The notes under the pieces were generated by a model. That model searched no databases. It had not been told where the DNA came from and worked only from the letters and a program-made list of their open reading frames with translations. A DNA stretch of 35,443 nt from the NCBI RefSeq assembly GCF_001194135.2, contig NC_068988.1, forward strand, positions 8,145,335-8,180,777, written 5' to 3'. Both the position numbers and the translations under genes were made by a program. Below, one piece after another: positions 22,031 through 33,436 of this stretch (its first letter is position 1; every line of letters starts with the position of its first letter). The DNA comes from Octopus bimaculoides (lineage: Eukaryota).

Positions 22031-22199
22031 GGTGAAATCAGTTAAAGACACCTAAGGACCAGATGCTAGAATTAAAGTGTGTAACGTGACGAGTGGGATT
22101 ACCATCAGAGGTGGGGAGAGCCTTCGACGGCATATAAAAGATGGCGACCGGAGAACAAGATCAAGAAAAAAAGAAAATAAATTGAAAAACAAAAAGAAA

Positions 22200-22990
22200 A
22201 ACAGCCACCGTGATAAAGAAGTTCACTTCCCAACTACGTGGTTCGAGGTTCAATCCCATAGCGTAGCACTTTGAACAGGTGTCTTCAACTATAGCTCCGG
22301 GACGACCAATTCCACGCGAATGAACGTGGTAGACGGAAACTGCGTGAAGAACCGTCGTGTGTGTGTGTGTGTGTGTGTGTGTCTGTCTGTCTGTCTGTGC
22401 GTGTGTGTGTGCGTGTATGCGTGTGCGTTGTGTGTTGTGTGTGTGTATGCGTCTCTGTGTGTGTGTTGTCTATGTGCGTGTGTGTATGTGCGTGTGTGTA
22501 TGTGCGTGTGTGTATGAGTGTGTGCGCACGCGTATATGCGTGTGTGTGTTGTGTGTGTGTATGTCTGTGTGTTTGTGTGTGTACGCGTGTGTGTTGTGTG
22601 TGTATGTATCTGTGTGTGTGTTGTGTGTGTGCGTGTGTGTATCTGTGTCTGTGTCTGTGTATACACGTGTGCGTGTTGTGTATGTATGTATGTATGTATC
22701 TGTATGTGTGAGCGCGTTGTGTATGTATGTTGTGTGTGGATGTGTGTGTGTGCGCGTGTATGTGTGTATGCGATTCTTCGTTTTATGTGCTTGTTCCGTA
22801 CCACTAGAGTTGGTTGGTTTACGTCCCCGTAACTTAGCGCTTCGGCACAAGAGACCGATAGATTAACTTCAAAGCTTCAAAAACAAAAAAATATTTTAAA
22901 AATAGTAGGGATGACTCGTTCGACTAAAAATTCTTCAAATTCTTCAAATTCTTCTGCATCTCAGAATGGCTGGAGTCCAAGAACTGGAAC
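22200..22990 (+). mobile_element. Diverged SINE family A copy with an about 410-bp internal (TG)-rich expansion
   Basis: Head ggttcgaggttcaatccc... gtagacggaaactg at 22200-22357, microsatellite 22358-22770, 3' module tttacgtccccgtaacttagcg... gagaccgatag from about 22803. Confidence 0.8.
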
Positions 22991-23908
22991 AGATAAAAGA
23001 ATAATAGAAATTAAATGAAAATAGGTCTGCTCGATCAAGCACGACCTAGGGCTAAAAAAAACAACGACAAGAACAGCCCCCCCCCTCAGCTCCACTACCA
23101 CCACCATCACCAGACCCTAATCCTCAACAACCCACCATTTTCAGTATTGTCATGTTTTGTGACCACTGACCTTAAATCGAAGAGTACATTTGACTCTCAT
23201 TAGGTGACCTGCTCCTCCTCTACATCCTGCCTTTTCTCCCTTCCTTCCTGTCTTCCTTCCATCTCTACTTCCCGGGTACTTGTTGATGGACCCTTGACAC
23301 GNNNNNNNNNNNNNNNNNNNNNNNNNNNNNNNNNNNNNNNNNNNNNNNNNNNNNNNNNNNNNNNNNNNNNNNNNNNNNNNNNNNNNNNNNNNNNNNNNNN
23401 NNNNNNNNNNNNNNNNNNNNNNNNNNNNNNNNNNNNNNNNNNNNNNNNNNNNNNNNNNNNNNNNNNNNNNNNNNNNNNNNNNNNNNNNNNNNNNNNNNNN
23501 NNNNNNNNNNNNNNNNNNNNNNNNNNNNNNNNNNNNNNNNNNNNNNNNNNNNNNNNNNNNNNNNNNNNNNNNNNNNNNNNNNNNNNNNNNNNNNNNNNNN
23601 NNNNNNNNNNNNNNNNNNNNNNNNNNNNNNNNNNNNNNNNNNNNNNNNNNNNNNNNNNNNNNNNNNNNNNNNNNNNNNNNNNNNNNNNNNNNNNNNNNNN
23701 NNNNNNNNNNNNNNNNNNNNNNNNNNNNNNNNNNNNNNNNNNNNNNNNNNNNNNNNNNNNNNNNNNNNNNNNNNNNNNNNNNNNNNNNNNNNNNNNNNNN
23801 NNNNNNNNNNNNNNNNNNNNNNNNNNNNNNNNNNNNNNNNNNNNNNNNNNNNNNNNNNNNNNNNNNNNNNNNNNNNNNNNNNNNNNNNNNNNNNNAGAGA
23901 GAGAATTC

Positions 23909-23939
<31 letters not shown>

Positions 23940-25211
23940 GTGTGTGTGTGTGCGCGTGTGTGTGTGTGTGTGCATGTGTGATTTTGTGTGTATGTGTGTG
24001 TGATTGTATGTTTGTGTCTGTAGGAAGGTGACTATGACAGAATTGAGTTACAGCAGTTACAGCATCAACGTCAACACCACCAGCAGCAGCAGCAGCAACA
24101 CTAACAGAAGCAGATATTTGACAATGTTTTTCTCCCTGCCTTTGAATCAATGTGCCAGCTGGAAGGACTAAGTCACCCAACACGAAAGAATCTCAGGACC
24201 GTGGATGGTACTTAAACAATGCACTGCGAGAACTTCGTTTTGCGACAGCACAGTTTCCAATTCTGTTCACCGTGCGTGTGTATCATCTTAGCCAAGAATC
24301 TCCCTACAATAGTCCCAGTCTGACAGCGAAATTAGTAGCCTTAGTGGATAGACGTATGTCTCGTAACTCCGTAATTCTTCTATCCCTCTGCCTCTACCTC
24401 TCTCCCTTCTCTCTCTACGTGATCGGTGTTCGACCAAGCCTGACCTTTCTTCCTTGGTTCGACTACCATCCGTGCACATCTATATTCCTCCCTATGCCTG
24501 TCAAATCTCATGTCCCTGTCGTAAGGCTTCACTTCCACACATGCCAGCTTAATTTAATTCGTCCTTAGTCGAAAGACACCCGTTGTTAATGTCCTTTATT
24601 TGCATTTGTATTTGTGTGCCATTTCTCCATTTTTTTTCTTCTATCCTTGTTTTCGTATACTTTCGCTGCTTTCTTCCAAGGAATCTAATGCTCTTAGCTT
24701 AGTTTCTCATTTGGGGCTGGCCAGATTGGAGCAATCTCGAGTATAACCAGCCGAAATTGCAAAGATAATCTGGAACTCGACTGAGGATAGAAAACTCCGA
24801 ATGACCCGTCCTTGTTTTCTTTGTATCATATGTTTGGATGTTTTGTTGTACCTTTTTTGNNNNNNNNNNNNNNNNNNNNNNNNNNNNNNNNNNNNNNNNN
24901 NNNNNNNNNNNNNNNNNNNNNNNNNNNNNNNNNNNNNNNNNNNNNNNNNNNNNNNNNNNNNNNNNNNNNNNNNNNNNNNNNNNNNNNNNNNNNNNNNNNN
25001 NNNNNNNNNNNNNNNNNNNNNNNNNNNNNNNNNNNNNNNNNNNNNNNNNNNNNNNNNNNNNNNNNNNNNNNNNNNNNNNNNNNNNNNNNNNNNNNNNNNN
25101 NNNNNNNNNNNNNNNNNNNNNNNNNNNNNNNNNNNNNNNNNNNNNNNNNNNNNNNNNNNNNNNNNNNNNNNNNNNNNNNNNNNNNNNNNNNNNNNNNNNN
25201 NNNNNNNNNNN

Positions 25212-25272
<61 letters not shown>

Positions 25273-25314
25273 GCTGAGCAAACAGTGTACGTACGCCGTT
25301 ATATGTGTATATAA

Positions 25315-25820
25315 AAAAAACGGAATAAGAACGTAATGGACGACAATAAAAACATACGGACAGATTGACGACAGAAAGACGGACAGAAAAAAACAGGAAG
25401 GAATATTTGTGGCTTTCTTTCATCAGTCAAGCTTCCAATCATCGTTACAGTTTCGGCCTGTTACACTTGAGACTGTTCAAAATTGGTATGACTCAGGTGT
25501 TGTTGTTCTTGTTTGTATTTGTAATCGTGTAACATTTTCTCCATTTTCTTGTTTTTGTTTTTTATTTTGCGCTTTTGTCTGTGTTGTCGCGCATTTTCGC
25601 TTCCATTCTTCCAAAACTTTAATGCCCTCAGCTTAGATTTTTAGGACCTACCAATTTTGAACAGTCTCAAGTGTAACAGACCGAAACTGTAATGATGATT
25701 GGAAGCTTGACTGATGAAAGAAAGCCACGAATGTTCCGTCCCGGTTTTTTGCCCGTCTTTGTATCATCTAACTGTCCGTATGTTTTTATAGTCGTCCGTT
25801 ACGTTCTTATTCCGTTTTTT
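25315..25820. mobile_element. About 505-bp foldback/MITE with about 172-bp inverted arms
   Basis: 25315-25488 is the reverse complement of 25649-25820; the inner about 80 bp are nearly perfect; spacer about 160 bp. Confidence 0.85.
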
Positions 25821-25825
25821 GGGGG

Positions 25826-25872
<47 letters not shown>

Positions 25873-26811
25873 CATATATATATGTGTGTGTGTGCATATA
25901 TATATNNNNNNNNNNNNNNNNNNNNNNNNNNNNNNNNNNNNNNNNNNNNNNNNNNNNNNNNNNNNNNNNNNNNNNNNNNNNNNNNNNNNNNNNNNNNNNN
26001 NNNNNNNNNNNNNNNNNNNNNNNNNNNNNNNNNNNNNNNNNNNNNNNNNNNNNNNNNNNNNNNNNNNNNNNNNNNNNNNNNNNNNNNNNNNNNNNNNNNN
26101 NNNNNNNNNNNNNNNNNNNNNNNNNNNNNNNNNNNNNNNNNNNNNNNNNNNNNNNNNNNNNNNNNNNNNNNNNNNNNNNNNNNNNNNNNNNNNNNNNNNN
26201 NNNNNNNNNNNNNNNNNNNNNNNNNNNNNNNNNNNNNNNNNNNNNNNNNNNNNNNNNNNNNNNNNNNNNNNNNNNNNNNNNNNNNNNNNNNNNNNNNNNN
26301 NNNNNNNNNNNNNNNNNNNNNNNNNNNNNNNNNNNNNNNNNNNNNNNNNNNNNNNNNNNNNNNNNNNNNNNNNNNNNNNNNNNNNNNNNNNNNNNNNNNN
26401 NNNNNNNNNNNNNNNNNNNNNNNNNNNNNNNNNNNNNNNNNNNNNNNNNNNNNNNNNNNNNNNNNNNNNNNNNNNNNNNNNNNNNNNNNNNNNNNNNNNN
26501 NNNNNNNNNNNNNNNNNNNNNNNNNNNNNNNNNNNNNNNNNNNNNNNNNNNNNNNNNNNNNNNNNNNNNNNNNNNNNNNNNNNNNNNNNNNNNNNNNNNN
26601 NNNNNNNNNNNNNNNNNNNNNNNNNNNNNNNNNNNNNNNNNNNNNNNNNNNNNNNNNNNNNNNNNNNNNNNNNNNNNNNNNNNNNNNNNNNNNNNNNNNN
26701 NNNNNNNNNNNNNNNNNNNNNNNNNNNNNNNNNNNNNNNNNNNNNNNNNNNNNNNNNNNNNNNNNNNNNNNNNNNNNNNNNNNNNNNNNNNNNNNNNNNN
26801 NNNNNNNNNNN

Positions 26812-26873
26812 AGACGAAATACTGTAAAGCATTTCGCCCAGCACGCTAACGTTTCTGCCAGCTCGCCACCTTA
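26812..26873 (-). mobile_element. SINE family B head running into a gap
   Basis: Reverse complement taaggtggcgagctggcagaaacgttagcgtgctgggcgaaatgc. Confidence 0.85.
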
Positions 26874-26928
26874 AGAGTCTGCAAATTGATGAAGTAACGA
26901 CTCATAATTGACCGCTCCAGGAGTCTAA

Positions 26929-27021
26929 CAATAAACACTCACAACGCCCGGTCTGGGAATCGAAACCGCGATCCTACGACCGCGAGTCCGCTGCTCTAAC
27001 CACTGGGCCATTGCGCCTCCA
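26929..27021 (-). mobile_element. SINE family C tRNA-like head only
   Basis: Reverse complement gtggaggcgcaatggcccagtggttagagcagcggactcgcggtcgtaggatcgcggtttcgattcccagaccgggcg. Confidence 0.92.
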
Positions 27022-27494
27022 CAAGTCGAAGGAACTGCTGATTAAAAAAACAGAAAAAATCTAAATTCTCAGAAAAAGGAATTGGACGAAATCTTCCAGA
27101 TTAGCGTGGACACATTGCTAAAAAGTGACCAAATGAATTTGGGCAAAGAACGAGTTTTATATAGAATTTGGGATGTAAAAATGTCCGTTGACGTTAAGCA
27201 CCAGTCTCGCCTAAAAATAAACTACTGAAAACCCCTAAAGGACAATATCCCAACGGATAAAACGAGAACGCTTCCGAAGACGGGACTTATTCCAATCATT
27301 AGAAGTAAGAATCTACGCATTTAATAGATGCGAGTTTTTGTATTTCACACACAATCGTTAATCAAGGAAAAGGAGTAAGGAGACCATCATAAGCATATAA
27401 ATTAGTTGGTGATTAGCAGAAATAGTGTTAAAGACAAGATTACGAAATTGGAATACTAACATTGAATATGGCCTGCGTCCTTTTTGTTTTATTG

Positions 27495-27830
27495 TTATTA
27501 TTTTTCTGGTCGAATCCGTTGATATTACATCACCAGCTCGATTAGCAATTATTGCACGATATTTTCACGCAAATTCTATTCTTGCAGAGTTCAACCAGAG
27601 AAGTTGCCTTAAAACACACCAAAAAAAAAAAGAATACGTGACTGGGTTTGTTAAAATGTTTTGTGAAAAACAAATAGATTTATCAAAAATAGTTTTGGAT
27701 ATGACTGATAATACAGTTAATATGGTAGACCGAAATGTTGGTTTTGTAAAGCAGTTAAGAGAAGCTGCTGATCCATAATATGAAACGTATACTCTGAGTA
27801 CTTATACCAGAAAGTACTGAGGGCAAAAGT
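27495..27830 (+). mobile_element. hAT (Charlie/SPIN-like) transposase remnant
   Basis: LVESVDITSPARLAIIARY ... IDLSKIVLDMTDNTVNMVDRNVGFVKQL resembles LDESTDI...AQLAIF.R and LDLSKLVSITTDGAPAMVG...GFV; catalytic motifs degraded. Confidence 0.75.
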
Positions 27831-27912
27831 AAGCTTCAAGCATTTCAATGGAGAGTTTGACAAAGACAGTCAATTTGACGGCTTGCTATGACTTTGCATA
27901 TAAGAGAATTCA

Positions 27913-29037
27913 CAAGGTACATTCTAGATGTTTTCTGACCTTTTCAAGAGAGACATTTGTTATGGTCAAAGAAGCGCAAAATTCTAATCTCTTTTAAAAT
28001 AGGATCCTATGACTTCAATGCACTTGTTGTGGTGCTCCAGTCACTTTGTAAAATCCCCATAGAAGACCTCCAAAGCGAAAGTGTCCAGGATTCTTGTCAC
28101 AGCCTCTTTCATCTTCTCAATGCTTTCAAAATGACTGCCCCGGAAGTTCTCTTTCAGCTGGGGGTACAACCAAAAGTCACAGAGAACAAGGTTTGAATTG
28201 GAGGGTGGGAAAGGGACACTTCTGCTGCCCATCTCTGTGAAGTTGTCGGTTACCAGGATCGAGTTGTGATCTAGTGTATTGTCCTGGGGCATTGCCTTGG
28301 TGCATTATCATGGGGCATTATTCTGGTGTATTGTCCAGGTGTACTGTCCTGAGGCATTGTCCTGGTATATTGTCCTGGTGCATCGTCCTGGGGCATTGTC
28401 CTAGTTTATTGTCCTCGGGCATTGTCTTGGCGTATTGTTCTGGAACATTGCCCTAGGGCATTGTCCTCGTGTATTATCCTGGTATATTGTCCTGGGGCAT
28501 TGATCTGTGGCAGGTGCTCTGGCCTTTTGCGGAAAGACCTCTTCCTGAATTCCCTCAAAACTTCCACAAAATACTCTGTTGACCGTCTGGCAAGAAGGAT
28601 CCCAGTGGATGTAAAGGATTCCCTTGCTGTCAAAATGTGGGATCGTCATGAGCTCCCTGGTGGACTTGCTTTGCCTGACTTTGTGTGTCAGTGCAAAAAA
28701 GATGCTTGGCTCATACAAGTTAATCCACGACCAGTCTGGAGCACTTCATAAGGTTTTGTAGCGTTTTTGGCCAAGTTTAATACAAAACTTTATTTCATAG
28801 TGAGCTTCCAAATTGTCCTCACGTTCCGCCTACATCTTGGCAAACTAGTCAGCTGTCACAAGCAATATTTAGTAGGGTGTGTTCAAAATGCTGTTACGGC
28901 CGTCNNNNNNNNNNNNNNNCGTCTCCTTGAATCTGGAATAACAACAATTGGCAGGTTATATACTAAAATTACAAGAATCTATGACAGTCATAACTGCCTC
29001 TCTAAGAAAAGACTCAAAACTTCTGGAATGCACCTCG
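27913..29037 (-). mobile_element. mariner (DD34D-type) transposon with both TIRs, internally deleted, carrying a minisatellite in the transposase
   Basis: TIRs CAAGGTACATTCTAGATGTTTT at 27913 and the reverse complement of CGAGGTGCATTCCAGAAGTTTT ending at 29037 followed by TA; peptides RQSKSTRELMTIPHFDSKG, EYFVEVLREFRK, QDNTLDHNS, PFPPSNSNLVLCDFWLYPQLKENFRG (PYSPDLAPCDF-like). Confidence 0.92.
28278..28498. repeat. 13-bp minisatellite, 17 copies, consensus ATTGTCCTGG(G/T)G(C/T)
   Basis: Units counted at exact 13-bp period from 28278 to 28498. Confidence 0.95.
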
Positions 29038-29124
29038 TAATTTTTTTTTTTTTTTTTTTGAAATTCAGTTGAATCCTTCACCCATCCTGGATAGTACAGT
29101 ACTTCCGTACTTGCAGAGTGGCTC

Positions 29125-29700
29125 CCCCCTCTCTCTCTCTCTACCCCTCTCTCTCTACCCCTACCGCTCTCCCACTCTCTCCGTTTCTCCCCCACTCTCT
29201 CCCTTTCTCTTACTATCTCTCCTTTTCTATCCCTCCCTCCCTCTCACCATCTCTCTCCTTCTCGCTCTTTCCGTCTCTCTCCCTCGCCTTCCCCCTCTCT
29301 TACTATCTCTCTCTATTCCTCCTCTCCTCCCACTCTCTCTCTCTCTCCCTCTCTTTCTCCCTATTTCTCTGCCTCTCTCACCATCTCTCTCCCTCTATGT
29401 CCCTTCCTCTCTGTCCCTCCCTCTCTGTCCCTCTCTCTCTGTCCCTCCCTCTCTCCCTCTCTGTCCCTCCCTCTCTCCCGCCATTTCACTCTCTCTTTCC
29501 CTACTCTCTCTCTCCCTGTTTCACTATATTTCTCTCTCTCCCTCTCTATTCTTCGTTCTCTCTCACCCTCTCTCTTTCCGTCTCTCTCTCCTTCTCCTTC
29601 CCCCTCTCTTACTATCTCTCTCTATTCCCCTTCTCCTCCCACTCTCTCCCTCTCTGTTCCTCCCTCCCTCTCTCCCTCCCTCCCTCTCTTCTCCTCATCT
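29125..29700. repeat. Polypyrimidine (CT)-rich tract with internal duplications
   Basis: Almost all C/T on the plus strand; about 75 bp at 29267 repeats at about 29574; CTCTGTCCCTCC units at about 29408-29475. Confidence 0.9.
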
Positions 29701-29904
29701 TCTTCAAATGATTCTTTAAGAAGCTGATGAGGGTTTTCTACTCAACTGGCTCTGGAAAGAACAACCGTCGTTAGAAAACGTAGTCATATCCACCGTTAAA
29801 TAAGACGGGACAGTCACAGCTGGAATGTCTGTGATCGTAGCTAAATAATAACAAAAACAAACACAACACAAATTAACTTCAGACACCGCTATCAGCTATT
29901 TTCA

Positions 29905-29910
29905 TCATCG

Positions 29911-29950
<40 letters not shown>

Positions 29951-29993
29951 AATCCTCATCATCAGCATCAACACTTTCGATACTAATCTCAAT

Positions 29994-30025
<32 letters not shown>

Positions 30026-30075
30026 GAACCAATACTACTACTTCTACTATGACGATTATCAATACTACTACTACT
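29905..30075. repeat. (CAT)n and (TAC)n microsatellites
   Basis: Seen directly. Confidence 0.9.
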
Positions 30076-30236
30076 GCAGGCATGGCTGTGAGGTAAGTAG
30101 TTTGCTTCCCAACCACATGGTTCTGGGTTCAGTCCCACTGCGCGGTACCTTGGGCCAGTTACCTTCTAGTATAGCCTCGGTCCGAATAAAGCCTTGCGAG
30201 TGGATTTGATGGACGGAAACTGAAAGAAGCCCGTCG

Positions 30237-30285
<49 letters not shown>

Positions 30286-30627
30286 NNNNNNNNNNNNNNN
30301 NNNNNNNNNNNNNNNNNNNNNNNNNNNNNNNNNNNNNNNNNNNNNNNNNNNNNNNNNNNNNNNNNNNNNNNNNNNNNNNNNNNNNNNNNNNNNNNNNNNN
30401 NNNNNNNNNNNNNNNNNNNNNNNCCCCCCCCCCAACATCGCTTGACAACCGATGCTGGTGTTCTTATGTCCCTGTAACTTAGCGGTTCGGCAAAAGAGAC
30501 CGATAGAATAAGTACTGGGCTTACAAAGAATAAGTCCTGAGGGTCGATTTTTTTCCAACTAAAGGCGGTGCTCCAGCATGGCCACAGTTAAATGACTGAA
30601 ACATCTAAAAGAACAAAAGAGTAAAAG
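30076..30627 (+). mobile_element. SINE family A whose internal microsatellite contains an assembly gap
   Basis: Head 30076-30236, (TA)n(TG)n then N, 3' module 30424-30627. Confidence 0.92.
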
Positions 30628-31009
30628 ATTACCACTACTGCTGCTGCTGCTGCTACCTCTAACGAAATAGCAAGCCAACGAAGAAGCCTCTATGTGCTCG
30701 CCCGGGTCTGCTTGAAATAGCAGCCAAATCCCCTACCCACAGCAGATAGTATTATCTCCGATAGATTATCCCGACAGGTGGGGGTGTTCACGGTTGGACT
30801 GCATTCGATCACAGAGTTGATCCGCGGCCATACAACTAACAATGGATTAAGGAGCTCTACGACCCCGTAATTCATCACGTGTTTCTATCATCCACCCGCT
30901 TCTCACCCTCTCCTTCTTCCCCCTCTCTCTCTCTCTCTCTCTGTCTCCCTCACACACACCACACACACACGCACACATACACATATACACGTATAGACAT
31001 ACACACATA

Positions 31010-31048
<39 letters not shown>

Positions 31049-31139
31049 CCTGAATGTCTAACATGAATACATGCTTGACATTTCAATCAGCAGTCACCCG
31101 ACACATTCAGGGCCTACTATTTGATTTAAGCAACGGGAG

Positions 31140-31146
31140 CAGTAGC

Positions 31147-31187
<41 letters not shown>

Positions 31188-31213
31188 GGGTAGTAGTAGT
31201 AGTAGTAGTAGTG

Positions 31214-31244
<31 letters not shown>

Positions 31245-31496
31245 TAGTAGTANNNNNNNNNNNNNNNNNNNNNNNNNNNNNNNNNNNNNNNNNNNNNNNN
31301 NNNNNNNNNNNNNNNNNNNNNNNNNNNNNNNNNNNNNNNNNNNNNNNNNNNNNNNNNNNNNNNNNNNNNNNNNNNNNNNNNNNNNNNNNNNNNNNNNNNN
31401 NNNNGCAGTAGTAACAGAAATAAGGGCCAGCTGCAGTGGTAGTAGTACTGGAGGTGGTGGTGGTCGTCGTCGTCGTCGCCGTCGTGTGGCAGCGGC

Positions 31497-31554
<58 letters not shown>

Positions 31555-31664
31555 AGAGTAGTAGTGGTGGTAGTAGTAGTAGTAGGGGTAGTAGTAGTAG
31601 TAGTAGTAGTAGTAAGAGTAGTAGAGAGCAGCAGCAGTAGCAGTAGTAGTATTATTATTATTAT

Positions 31665-31697
<33 letters not shown>

Positions 31698-31745
31698 CAG
31701 TAGCAGTAGCAGTAGCAGTAGTAGTAGTAGTACTGGTAGTAGTAG
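31140..31745. repeat. (AGT)n/(GGT)n/(CGT)n/(AGC)n compound trinucleotide field
   Basis: Seen directly; includes a gap. Confidence 0.92.
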
Positions 31746-32029
31746 TTCTATGTCAACATGTCCTCCCTTAACACTCACTGCACCAACACGACATCGTGAT
31801 GTCATTAACGTGAGTCTCCCTCCCCCTCCGCCTCCCCACACTCCCTCTCTGCCACTTGGCTTCTCTTCCCTTTCACTCACTCACTCACTCACTTTGTCTT
31901 TCTTTCTTTCTCTCTATTCTTTTATTTTTCATTCTTTCTCCTACTTTTTCCCTGTCCTCCTTTCCCTTTCTCATTTTGCTTCTTTGTCTGTCTGTCTGTC
32001 TCTCTCACACTCTCTCTCTAATATATATA

Positions 32030-32077
<48 letters not shown>

Positions 32078-33117
32078 NNNNNNNNNNNNNNNNNNNNNNN
32101 NNNNNNNNNNNNNNNNNNNNNNNNNNNNNNNNNNNNNNNNNNNNNNNNNNNNNNNNNNNNNNNNNNNNNNNNNNNNNNNNNNNNNNNNNNNNNNNNNNNN
32201 NNNNNNNNNNNNNNNNNNNNNNNNNNNNNNNNNNNNNNNNNNNNNNNNNNNNNNNNNNNNNNNNNNNNNNNNNNNNNNNNNNNNNNNNNNNNNNNNNNNN
32301 NNNNNNNNNNNNNNNNNNNNNNNNNNNNNNNNNNNNNNNNNNNNNNNNNNNNNNNNNNNNNNNNNNNNNNNNNNNNNNNNNNNNNNNNNNNNNNNNNNNN
32401 NNNNNNNNNNNNNNNNNNNNNNNNNNNNNNNNNNNNNNNNNNNNNNNNNNNNNNNNNNNNNNNNNNNNNNNNNNNNNNNNNNNNNNNNNNNNNNNNNNNN
32501 NNNNNNNNNNNNNNNNNNNNNNNNNNNNNNNNNNNNNNNNNNNNNNNNNNNNNNNNNNNNNNNNNNNNNNNNNNNNNNNNNNNNNNNNNNNNNNNNNNNN
32601 NNNNNNNNNNNNNNNNNNNNNNNNNNNNNNNNNNNNNNNNNNNNNNNNNNNNNNNNNNNNNNNNNNNNNNNNNNNNNNNNNNNNNNNNNNNNNNNNNNNN
32701 NNNNNNNNNNNNNNNNNNNNNNNNNNNNNNNNNNNNNNNNNNNNNNNNNNNNNNNNNNNNNNNNNNNNNNNNNNNNNNNNNNNNNNNNNNNNNNNNNNNN
32801 NNNNNNNNNNNNNNNNNNNNNNNNNNNNNNNNNNNNNNNNNNNNNNNNNNNNNNNNNNNNNNNNNNNNNNNNNNNNNNNNNNNNNNNNNNNNNNNNNNNN
32901 NNNNNNNNNNNNNNNNNNNNNNNNNNNNNNNNNNNNNNNNNNNNNNNNNNNNNNNNNNGTGTTTGTGCGTGTGTGTGTGTGTGTGTGATTGTGTGTGTTT
33001 GTGAGTGTGTGAGTGTGTGTGCTTGTGAGTGTGTGTGTGAGTGTGAGTGTGTGTGTGTGAGAGTGTGTGAGTGTGTGTGTGTGTGTGTGTACGCGTCTAT
33101 GTATCTTTCTGACAACT

Positions 33118-33298
33118 AGTGCTGGTCTGTTTATGTTCCCCGTAACCTAGCGGTCCAGCTGAAGAGATCGATAGAATAGGTACCAGGCTTAAAAAGATAA
33201 GCACTGGCGTCAGTTTGTTCGTCTCGAAGTACTTCAAGTCGGTGCCCCAGCATGGCCGCAGTCTAATGAATGAAACAAGTGAAAGAAATAAAGGCATA
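33118..33298 (+). mobile_element. SINE family A 3' half
   Basis: gctggtctgtttatgttccccgtaacctagcgg... gatagaataggtaccaggc... ggtgccccagcatggccgcagtc. Confidence 0.85.
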
Positions 33299-33436
33299 AA
33301 TTAATTCTAAGAGACCTTATATGGAAGTCAGTGTGACGTAAGCACCCACATCTATAAGGTCTTCAAGTGTAGCGTTTAAATGGCTGACCCTGGTCCAGTT
33401 ATCCAATATGTCCGTGGAAGCTTTTGTTTCAATCTA

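Noticed and set aside
22138-22146. YY1-like motif AAGATGGCG near the presumed 5' end of the CR1-like remnant
   Set aside because: A single 9-mer, with the element boundary not established; too weak to call regulatory.
24159-24353. Symmetric plus-strand exon within ORF 24152-24568
   Set aside because: Splice signals are plausible (ccag / GTATGT) but there is no recognisable homology and no linkable neighbour.
28278-28498. Possible CRISPR-like array
   Set aside because: Units are contiguous 13-mers with no unique spacers, there are no cas genes, and the array derives from mariner coding sequence.
29725-29760. CTGATGA followed by a small hairpin
   Set aside because: No GAAA at the required position; it lies in a degenerate dispersed repeat also seen near 16330-16470 and 30700-30840.
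31091-31812. Ser-rich plus-strand exon (AVTRHIQGLLFDLSNG...MSTCPPLTLTAPTRHRDVIN|GTGAGT)
   Set aside because: Two of three frames of (AGT)n are always open, the frame crosses a gap, and the poly-Val stretch is implausible.
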